Source of the DNA: Selaginella moellendorffii
Taxonomy: Eukaryota > Plantae > Lycopodiophyta
Length of the DNA: 10,115 nt
Reading direction: 5' to 3'
Assembly (NCBI RefSeq): GCF_000143415.4
Contig: NW_003314599.1
Location: forward strand, 1 to 10,115
Shown here: in pieces, positions 1 through 8,514 of the stretch
How positions within the stretch are numbered: the stretch's first letter is position 1
How the letters are laid out: every line of letters starts with the position of its first letter
The notes under the pieces: model-generated
Seen by the model: the letters and a program-made list of their open reading frames with translations, nothing else
What the model was told of the DNA's origin: nothing
Database searches by the model: none
Position numbers and translations under genes: made by a program

Positions 1-1040
1 CAGCCATACTTACTTCTGCCACTGCTTCCTGGCAAGATAAATGTTTTGGATGTGGACTGGAAATGCGTTCAGTCTCTCACACCTCCATCAATAGTCTCAG
101 ACAACGATGACGAAAGTGTTCTACATTTTGCAAATTATTCATTGCGAGCTACAGATATCAAAGCAGGACTGATTCTTACAAAGCACACCAGGAAACCGTT
201 ATTTTATTCTCATCTGGGTGTTCTCGAAGAAATGACGGCGCAGAGCTCGTTTTTCAATCACAACTATAATACGTATTCCGACTACTTTCTGGAAGTGTAA
301 GACTTGTTAGTTTCTTCTTCGCTCTGATTGGAACACGCGACTTACAGACATAATGTCAAACTGCAATATCCAGCCCAACCACTTCTAAAAGTGAACAACT
401 TGCCTGGCAATGTGCACAACTATTTACTGCCCCGTTCAACAGACTTGCCAAGCGCGTCGAATGGCATATCGACTAACAAGCTGCCACCCGAACTTTGCAT
501 TCTCTTACAACCAGAAGTTGACTACTCCATTGTGGTGTCTGTGATGGTCCTGCCTTCAGTCATCTACCGGTTACAATGTCTAAGTTCTGCTGCACAGCTA
601 ACGAAACTCGTGGGGATCCACATATCTACAACCACGGTAAAAAGTTCGTTTTATTATTTTCATTGTTTGTTTGTTTGTTTTTTTCTGCAGATGTTGATGG
701 CACTGACTGCTGCGAGCTGTAATGAAGGCTTTTCTCTTGAGAGACTCGAGCTTTTAGGCGACTCATTCCTCAAATTTGCACTGAGCTTCCACTTGGTCTC
801 TGAATTTCCAGAAGAACGAGAAGGCTTTCTTTCACAAAAGCGTCAAGAGCAGATCTCTAACAGCAATTTGCACAGGCTTGGTGTACAAAGAAGATTGGTG
901 GTAAGCATGCAATAATATGTTTCTAGTCTCTTCAACAGAACTTACAGACGTACATCAGAGATGGGCAGTTTGAGCCAACGGATTGGATTGCACCGGTCCC
1001 TTGCTCTTCTTTGGCAAGTCACGAAAAGATTTTAGGACGG
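1..1040 (+). repeat. Direct duplication: 1-~1040 matches 9058-~10112 (initial offset 9057 bp), introns included
   Basis: Near-identical sequence by direct comparison; intron 297-347 is identical to 9354-9404. Confidence 0.97.
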
Positions 1041-2811
1041 AAGTTATGTGACAAAGGTCATCGTTGGCTGCGAAGAAAATCTGTTGCAGATGTAATGGAG
1101 GCCATCATCGGTGCATACATTACTGACAACTCCGCTGATGCTGCCTATCACTTCATGACCTGGGCAGGATTTAAGCTGGTTGACAGGTGTTTAGTACCTG
1201 TGTTCTCATGCCAAGCTTCTGAAGTTGACGATATCTGCAATCTAGAAAAGATAATCGGCTATACCTTTCGGAACAAATGCTTCCTTGTTGAAGCGTTCAC
1301 TCATGCTTCTTCCAGCGTTCGATCATATCAGGTAGACGAGTAAGTTTTGGAGCTGGACTAACACTGGTTAGTTGTCAGCGGCTGGAGTATTTAGGCGATG
1401 CTGTCCTGGATTACCTTATCGTTCTTCATCTTTATGCGAGCTATCCCAACTTGCAACCGGGACTTCTCAGTGATCTCAAGGCTGCTACAGTAAACAACGT
1501 TTGGTTCGCTTTCGTTGCTGTGCGCCACAACTTTCACAAGTATCTGCGTCACAACCATAAGAAAGAGATTGACGAGTATCTCCTGAACAAAAATGTGCAA
1601 TGTTTCGAGGACTGGAAGCTTGAGCAACCGCCAAAGGTCAGTCTCTGAGCTTTTAAAGTTTGTCCTCCTCCTGACGCTTGTCTCTTTTTCTTTTGCAGTG
1701 TCTCAGTGATTTAGTGGAATCTCTCGCGGGAGCTTTGTTATTTGATACGGGTGGTAATCTGGAAATAGTGTGGAGCATATTGGAGCCCCTTCTTCGCCCG
1801 ATAGCCAGTCTCGAGAGCTTGGCACTTCACCCAGTCCAAGAGCTTCAGGAGCTATGCCAGCTGAAAGAAATTTCAGCTCCAAGCTACAACGTTGGAACTT
1901 GCTCGGTGACATTGGCAGACGGAGGCTTAGTCACAGGACAAGGCTCCGGAGGAGCAAACAAAAAGCTTCTCAAGAAGCAGTCTTCTGCCGATGCCTTGGA
2001 AAAACTGAAGGTAATAACAAGTTATGCTCCGAAAACGTTAGAGTTTTTCTTTTTATATTCAGGCTTTGGGATTTCAACACCCACGGCACGAACTCCTTCA
2101 TGCTATTCAGGCCGAGACACACATAGAGGCCTCAAAGGTCATCATAAACAACGGTTTGAACTTCAGTGTCCCCGTCGTTACACAGTGCATTGCATCCTTC
2201 GTACCACCAATGTCGAGCTCGAGTTCTTCTACAGAATCGGATCTATTTCGGCAGGAAAGTCTTCCTCCAGACCATGACTTGCCTTCCGATTTAGAACTTG
2301 TCGACACTGAACACGAGTCAGATGTTCTAGCAGCATCACTTGCGGAAGAGTTAGGTCTCGACGATGATCTCCTCGAGAAGCTTTGCAGTGCTACAGCTTC
2401 GTCTACTGTTCCTCCTAGACACGGTAAAAGCTATTTCATGTTTCTATCCTTAAGATTTGTGTTTTCTTTCCAGAAGGTGGTGGCAGTGATTCTTTTGTTG
2501 CTGGAGCTCCACGAGCAGAGCTTCAAATTCTCTGCCAAAAGAGACGGTGGCCGGATCCCGAGTACATTATTTGCGAGGAGAGTGGTCCTCCTCACATGAA
2601 ACAGTAAGAAAAGAAAAGAAAAGAATGAAACTCCTAATCCTGCTGATTGTTGTTTTTTTTTTCATCTTGTAGTTTTGCTTTGGCTGTGACAATCAGTTTT
2701 CCAATCGATGGACCCGTGACATTTTATGGAGAGCCCCAGCGAGACATGAAGCGGGCCAAAGACTCAGCAGCCAACGCTGCCATCGCTTATTTGAAAAAGC
2801 TCCTTTCATGA
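1..2811 (+). CDS. DCL: Dicer-like endoribonuclease, DCL2/DCL4-like, copy A; 5'-partial and spliced. Exons <1-296, 348-636, 691-900, 948-1331, 1379-1636, 1699-2010, 2063-2423, 2474-2603, 2673-2811 (TGA)
   Basis: Manual splicing at GT-AG sites keeps one open frame through all 8 introns. Motifs: PAZ (TYSDYFLEV|HNVKLQYPAQPLLKV); connector helix (LPPELC..LPSVIYRL); RNase IIIa (SLERLELLGDSFLKF..ADVMEAIIGA); RNase IIIb (EAFTHAS..YQ|RLEYLGDAVLDYL..PK|CLSDLVESLAGA); dsRBD1 (HPVQELQELCQ..NKKLLKKQSSADALEKL); dsRBD2 (PRAELQILCQKRRWPDPEY..GPPHMKH..KRAKDSAANAAIAYL). All four acidic catalytic residues are present in each RNase III domain. DCL2 versus DCL4 is not resolved. Confidence 0.95.
297..2672 (+). other. 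Eight short spliceosomal introns of copy A: 297-347, 637-690, 901-947, 1332-1378, 1637-1698, 2011-2062, 2424-2473, 2604-2672
   Basis: GT donors and YAG acceptors; lengths 51, 54, 47, 47, 62, 52, 50 and 69 bp; each junction restores a conserved Dicer motif in frame. Confidence 0.85.
663..684 (+). repeat. (TTTG)n microsatellite in intron 2, with length variants at ~4592-4626 (reverse strand) and ~9720-9747
   Basis: Visible tandem TTTG/CAAA units; the intron is 54, 66 and 69 bp in copies A, B and C. Confidence 0.85.
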
Positions 2812-2819
2812 TTTCTTGC

Positions 2820-3505
2820 GGCATCATCCAGTGGCTACAAGGTGAGACGAGAATACTTCTAGATGACTATATGGCTGATTTTTCTCTTCTTCTTTCTCCC
2901 TTGGAGCCTCATTTGATACAATCTAGTGATCACTTCCTCCGGTAAGCTAAGCTTTCATCGCAATGAGTTTAATGAGTTACGTGACAATAGTTTGATCTTT
3001 CGTGAGCAATGGCGTGCATTGAGGTGGCGCCAGCTGCCGCGAGCGATCCATTCTCTTGCAAAGACGAAGGTGCCACTGCTGTTGCTACAAATCTTCTTCC
3101 CCTGCCTCCGGAGTTCGTGGATTTTCTTCTCGGGCAGATTGTTCTACCACGCGGCTCAAATGCTGCGTTACTTCAGGTACTAGAACTCGGGATTCCTTTT
3201 CTTTGTTTGATTGGATTGCCAGAGTAAAGCCGTGGGGAGTTAGTGAAAGAACTTGAGATCAAAGTCGAGCCTGTTTCTTGGCTATGTTTCCAGTGTTCTC
3301 ACTGGCATCGTCCAGTGCCTACAAGTCTGGAAAGGTGAGAAAATATGAAAAAAAAAATAAAAAATCGAGAACTCTTGTTTGTTTCATTTTCTCGACAGAT
3401 TTACGGTATGGATGCGGCCTCCGGGGCTGCTGTTGCAGCACCTGATATACAATCCGGTGATCACATGTGCAGCTCCTGGTAAGCGAAGCTTTCATTGCAG
3501 TTTAT
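2820..3505 (+). repeat. Diverged direct duplication downstream of the copy A stop (2820-2970 vs 3304-3505), with splice-site-like signals
   Basis: ggcatcatccagtggctacaag..gtgaga (2820-2847) vs ggcatcgtccagtgcctacaag..gtgaga (3304-3340); gtgatcac..ggtaagctaagctttcatcgca (2926-2962) vs gtgatcac..ggtaagcgaagctttcattgca (3457-3499). Confidence 0.7.
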
Positions 3506-3693
3506 GGGAGTTCTTTCAACTTGTATGCAGAGGTTTTGGTGTGGGGGCTGGAACACTAACATGAGTTGATATTTCTCGCTATCGCCTAGCATCCTGTCAG
3601 ACCATGCTCCAAAAGTATGGGTTTGGTAGTCGAGTGAGGCTTTTTTTTGCCAATGGGACAATGGTTTCCATCTTGCCAGCATAAAAAACAACT

Positions 3694-3809
3694 CTTTCTC
3701 GGGTTTATCTCGGATTTTCTCTCGGACTGCATCTCAAACTCTTTTTCGAGTCCATCTTGGACTCTTTCTTGAATATATCTCAAATTCCTTCTTAAACTCT
3801 ATTTTAACA
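3694..3809. repeat. Degenerate ~23-bp minisatellite, about 5 units
   Basis: Units: ctttctcgggtttatctcggatt / ttctctcggactgcatctcaaact / ctttttcgagtccatcttggact / ctttcttgaatatatctcaaatt / ccttcttaaactctattttaac. Confidence 0.6.
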
Positions 3810-4181
3810 ATTTTATATGTCATGTGTTAGTCCTCTTGTGTCTATTTTTTAGAGACTCATTTACAACTTGCTTTGTGCTCGTTCCTTAAGCATTTTATTG
3901 GGAATTCCATTCATACTCTCAACTATCCAAGTCAGAGTTTTAGTTGAAACATATTACACTCATTTGGCTTCAATTTCAACCATTATTATGTGGCACACTT
4001 TTGACTTTACTTTAGGGGTTAGGGATTTGTGTTTCACATGACATACATGATAAATTATTATCTATCAAATATTGAGGGACTAAACTTAATATCATGGGGG
4101 TTATTGTCAATCTAGTGTAAAACAAAGCAAAAGAAAATTAAAAACTATGCTTAATAAGAAACACATATGAGTTCTTATAAC

Positions 4182-5272
4182 TTCCATTACATCTATAACC
4201 AATTTTCTACAATAACCTTTATCACATAACTTCCATCCTAAAATCTTTTTGTGACTGGCCAAAGAAGAGCAAAGGACCAGTGCAATCCAATCTGTTGGCT
4301 CAAACTGCCCATCTCTAATGTACATTTGTAAGTTCTGTTGAAGAAATTAGAAACATATTATTGCATGCTTACCACCAATCCTCTTTGTACACCAAGCCTG
4401 TGCAAATTGGTGTTAGAGATCTGCTCTTGATGCTTTTATGAAAGAAATCATTCTTTCACAAAAAGAATGAAATTCAGAGACCAAGTGGAAGCTCAGTGCA
4501 AATTTGAGGAATGAATCACCTAAAAGCTCGAGTCTCTTGAGAGAAAAGCCTTCATTACAGCTCGCAGCAGTCAGTGCCATCAACATCTGCAGAAAAACAA
4601 AAACAAACAAACAAACAAACAAACAATGAAAATAATAAAACGAACTTTTTACTGTGGTTGTAGATATGTGGATGCCCATGAGTTTCATCAGCTGTGCAGC
4701 AGAACTTAGACATTGTAGCCGGTAGATGACTGAAGGCAGGACCATCACANNNNNNNNNNNNNNNNNNNNNNNNNNNNNNNNNNNNNNNNNNNNNNNNNNN
4801 NNNNNNNNNNNNNNNNNNNNNNNNNNNNNNNNNNNNNNNNNNNNNNNNNNNNNNNNNNNNNNNNNNNNNNNNNNNNNNNNNNNNNNNNNNNNNNNNNNNN
4901 NNNNNNNNNNNNNNNNNNNNNNNNNNNNNNNNNNNNNNNNNNNNNNNNNNNNNNNNNNNNNNNNNNNNNNNNNNNNNNNNNNNNNNNNNNNNNNNNNNNN
5001 NNNNNNNNNNNNNNNNNNNNNNNNNNNNNNNNNNNNNNNNNNNNNNNNNNNNNNNNNNNNNNNNNNNNNNNNNNNNNNNNGGCAGAAGTAAGTATGCCTG
5101 GAGATGTGACCATCGTCACCACGGAGCCGCTGTCCTCCATGGATGATTGAGAACTTCCCTGATCCAAGAGATAAGTTCGCCATCTTCAACTAGTCATAGA
5201 TACTTGCTTTGATGGTTTGTCTCTCTGGGCCTCAGCAGTGACCATAATGGGCTTGAGATTGCCGAATTAGAT
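4182..5272 (-). pseudogene. Inverted DCL pseudogene fragment (copy B)
   Basis: Reverse complement of 4182-4749 matches A ~540-1100 (exon 2 end, intron, exon 3, intron, exon 4 start). Reverse complement of 5081-5272 matches C 8114-8240 joined to C 9028-9077. Lesions: +4 frameshift near 4448-4468, intron-3 acceptor CAG>CAA, 3' truncation and many CG>TG/CA changes. Confidence 0.93.
4750..5080. other. Assembly gap (331 N) inside copy B
   Basis: Run of N. The flanks map to A positions 540 and 20, so about 519 bp of PAZ-region sequence would be expected if B is colinear. Confidence 0.99.
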
Positions 5273-5559
5273 TGCAACTTCGCAAAATCCCTCTAAAGAA
5301 GCATATGGCAAGGATTTCAGAAGTGGATAATGCTCAGTAATTATGCGGAAAGCACCAATGGATCATAGAAAGTACCAAGTGGAGGATGAAACATGGATCA
5401 TGGAGGAGATCATCTGGAGTTTTGCTATAGAGAAATGAAGTGTAAATTTTTTTTACCTCCTTGTTAGTGTTGATGGAGCATTTCATGGTACTCTACAGAA
5501 GTGTTGAGGGCTGTATTGTCCCCAAATAATTGGTGTTAGACTCTCTTCTCACATGGCAT

Positions 5560-6569
5560 GTATCTCTGTAGGTGCAACTCTGGATGTAGTTGCCAACAAC
5601 GAGCTATACTGTGTGACTAAACCTTGCACTCCTCACATCAACAAAGCTGTCATTGAAAGTAGTCCTATGCAACCATTTTCAGTGCTCAGAGTTTCTCCAT
5701 GAGCTTACTTTGTTGCTTTTACAGTTGTTGAAAGATCACTCTGTACTCCTTGAACTCAGCTAAGGTGGACTCAATTGTGGCAAGAATTTTCTTGGTGACT
5801 AGCTCAGTGAAAAGGGACTAGGAAGGGTCCTTGAACAAGCTTCTTAATGAATGAGATATCAAGCTTATGGAACATCTCTAACTCAAGCTCCACAGCATAT
5901 GTGTAGGCATCATAGCATCATTAGTGGCAATGTTTGGTGACTTTCCTTTAGAGCCTAGGCTTGAAGCCTTATACAAAAGTTGACACTCCGATGGACTCTT
6001 CCTGTGTCACTCTTTTATCAAAGCAGATCTCTCGAAATGCTTGTGTGTTGTATAGTCAAAGGTAAACTCATTTGCATTTTGCCAAAATTAGAACAAGTCT
6101 TGGAGTTGTTATATGGGAACTTCTTGAGAGAATGTGCTTTTGAATGTATGGAAGAGAGTGTCAAAGTCCCACTTCTCCTTAGCCTCCAGTGCAAGTACCC
6201 ATTGCCATACATGTCTATGTATTGAACACCTCATACTTTGTCACATCGTCCATAATTTGATTGTTGGCACAATAAGAAGAAAATGTTGCAAAATGATCCT
6301 CCACTAAAATGCCTATCCTTAGCTCAAAAAAAGGGACCGTGCTAAAGCAAATGCACCATTGGCATGGGTGGCAAAGGTGGTAGAGATTGCTGAGCCATTC
6401 TTAGTTGATTTGTAATGACTGGTTGGTACTTAGGATCTTTAGGGATATCTCTTGGCTTTGCTAGAGGTGGTGGATCTACAGCTTGATAAAAAATTTGAGG
6501 TAGGGAGGCACCATATGAATCTATTAACTTGGTATCTGCATCAAATGGTAAATCCTCACTCTCTAACAA
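5560..6569 (-). mobile_element. Degenerate LTR-retrotransposon gag remnant (probably Ty3/gypsy-type); boundaries approximate
   Basis: Minus-strand translation gives VWQWVLALEAKEKWDFDTLFHTFKSTFSQEVPI*QLQDLF*FWQNANEFTFDY (~6210-6052; retrotransposon Gag pattern), then TFV*GFKPRL*RKV..DAYTYAVELE, then a CX2CX4HX4C knuckle CEECKV*SHSIARCWQLHP at 5637-5581. Multiple stops and CpG depletion. No pol or paired LTRs found. Confidence 0.75.
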
Positions 6570-7638
6570 AGTAGTATGATAGTCCAGCTCTCATTAAAGC
6601 TAGAGAAATTTCCATGTACATAGGGAGTTGAGAGAGAACTAAGAAGTAAACACTTGTTTATACTCCTTGTATGCACGGGCATGATATATGCAAGTTACAA
6701 CAAATGCCCAGTCACGGAATAAGTCTGGAGGTAACCCCAAGCAAAAAATAAACTGCTTGTGACAGTAAAACACTTGCCACATGGTCTAAAATGCACAAGA
6801 AAATGCCCAAAAATGCCTCAGCACTCACTCCATAATTAAGAATTTGAAAAAATGACCTCCTTCTAATTAAATGTTGCTCAAACAAAGGAAAAACAAAATA
6901 ATTATAAAGGGTATTCACTCACAAGCACTCTTCTAAGGTTTGAAACAAAATTTATGATAAAAAATTTGTGGCAAAATCAAAGAAAAAATAAAACCCTTCC
7001 TCACAACCTAAACAAAAAAATACCTTGGCAAAAAAACATGTTCAAACTCACTACCTAGAGTATAAGAATTGATGAGAGTAGATGCAAAGGAAGCCTAGTA
7101 CTATGTGGAAACTTTTTCTAAAAGTAACTTTAACAAAACACTTGAAGAAATTAACTCAATTCTCTCGATCATGGCAAGTGCTTACATCAATAGAAAAACA
7201 CAGCAAATCTTGAAGCATAAATATTGCAAATGTGATTGCAGATATCAAAAATTATATGTTAACAAGTCTTTTTAGATATTCTTTATTTACTACTATGATT
7301 GATATTGTTAGTTCTCTTTTTAATCCCTTTTGCTTAAATATTAATAAATTAGGCTTAACATCTATACTTAACCAAATGAACATAAGGACTTCTTTTGCTT
7401 CCTTTCTTGTGATTTGACACTGGGGCTATGTGTAGAGGTCAGAGAGATAAGTCTGCCAAGTCCTGGCCATGCACAAAGACCGGCTTGTGCTTGTGTGTTT
7501 CGCCAGTTTGTCGCTAAAATCACCAAGAAACGAATGCCAAACGAACAAATCTTATAATCACAGTTCTCTACCTTCGCGAGACTCCCAAGGTTCTATCGTT
7601 CTAGCTTTAGCATTATCACCATTGGATGTACTGTGCAG

Positions 7639-8445
7639 TGCTCTCCAAAATGGACACTAAAGCCCGAGCATTTCGTGGAAGGAACACTCTTCAAGAAAGA
7701 AGAAAATTATGAGTATGGTTTTTTATCCACTGCTAATATGAAGGTCAGCTTTGATAATTGTCGTTTCACAATGTCAGGGTGGTGTGGTGTATTCTCGTCG
7801 TTTGCATTTTCACGAGCTTTCCGGTTGATCTAGGAGACACCTTACAGCGTCAATGAACCCCAAACAGGCGTGAAAAGTTTTAAGAACCTTGATCGAACTT
7901 TTGATCAGCAGATGCTGTTGCGAAGTTGACAGCTATGGCTGGAGAGAACCTCTCCACTTGTTGCTTGAGATGGTTGAACCAGAAAGAGCGTATCAATCGG
8001 TGCTGGATGCAGCCACAGATGATGAGTCTGTGTTCTCTATCATAAGAGAGGCCATGCACGCTAAAGTGATAGTGGATCCAACTAAAGCGGTCCTCGACAC
8101 CTACGAATCCACTATCTGATTCGGCAATCTTGAGCCCATTGTGATCACTGCTGAGGCCCGGAGAGACAAACCATCAAAGCAAGTACCTGTGACGAGTTGA
8201 AGATGGCGAACTTATCTGGCGGACAGCGGCTCCGTGGCGAAGAAGTCTTCACAAAGAATGTCCACAGGTAGGCTGATGCTCTCTCCAGTGCCGGATGAAT
8301 TTAATAAGGAAAGATGAAAACGGTTTTCATACGCAGCTTCGATCTGTCAGAATCTACGACGTTAGCGTCCTAGGGTTTCACTGTTCGTCCAGCAATCGGC
8401 TCAGTTCAATCGACTCAAGCTCCAATCGTAGCTGAATCTGCGCAG
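7639..8445 (+). other. Non-Dicer, exon-like fragments of unknown origin upstream of copy C
   Basis: CpG-retaining sequence with plausible GT-AG introns (7744-7833, 8268-8336, 8446-8492) and short ORFs (7633-7833, 7889-8119). No DExD/H helicase motifs; in-frame stops; 8114-8240 is shared with copy B. Confidence 0.4.
8371..8378. promoter_or_regulatory. Possible telo-box (TAGGGTTT, reverse complement AAACCCTA)
   Basis: Exact 8-mer about 300 bp upstream of ATG 8675. Plant telo-boxes occur near TSS/5'UTRs, but a single 8-mer may be chance. Confidence 0.25.
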
Positions 8446-8514
8446 GTAACGAAGATCGGTTTTCTAGAGTTAATGTAGCCTGAAAATCTTAGCTATCATA
8501 CATTTCTATTCGAG

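Noticed and set aside
931-947. Alternative in-frame acceptor at 938 adding NLQ
   Set aside because: It would need a 38-bp intron, and the 947 acceptor already gives the expected spacing (RRLV|TYIRD).
1391-2307. Antisense or alternate-frame ORFs 1391-1627, 1703-1912, 1770-2126 and 2107-2307
   Set aside because: Short shadows of DCL exons with no recognisable motifs.
46-2599. Treating the ORF-track entries as separate prokaryote-style genes (for example stand-alone RNase III proteins)
   Set aside because: They are exons of one spliced DCL gene; the ORF ends are intron read-through.
2606-2625. (AAGAA)4 run in the last intron
   Set aside because: Ordinary short intronic microsatellite.
2926-3256. 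ORFs 2926-3183, 3009-3227 and 3056-3256 as a protein-coding gene
   Set aside because: No recognisable domain; splicing 3177-3222 reaches a stop quickly in all three frames.
3694-3809. CRISPR-like array
   Set aside because: Units are adjacent and degenerate with no unique spacers, and the context is eukaryotic.
4011-4024. Telomere-like TTTAGGGGTTAGGG
   Set aside because: Only two imperfect units; not enough to call an interstitial telomeric repeat.
4413-5189. Long ORFs 4413-5189 (-), 4726-5091 (+) and 4745-5167 (-)
   Set aside because: They are open only because they run through 331 N; the flanks are pseudogene sequence.
6570-7430. 5' LTR and primer-binding site of the retroelement
   Set aside because: No second LTR copy, clear TG..CA termini or canonical tRNA-Met PBS found; the short ORFs here look like AT-rich noise.
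7889-8119. FRIGIDA-like similarity (VDPTKAVLDTYE vs DPAKLVLDA)
   Set aside because: A single short motif; cannot be supported without a profile search.
7420-8500. Helitron or Pack-MULE capture as the source of the chimeric leader
   Set aside because: No terminal inverted repeats, target-site duplication or hairpin-CTRR end could be identified.
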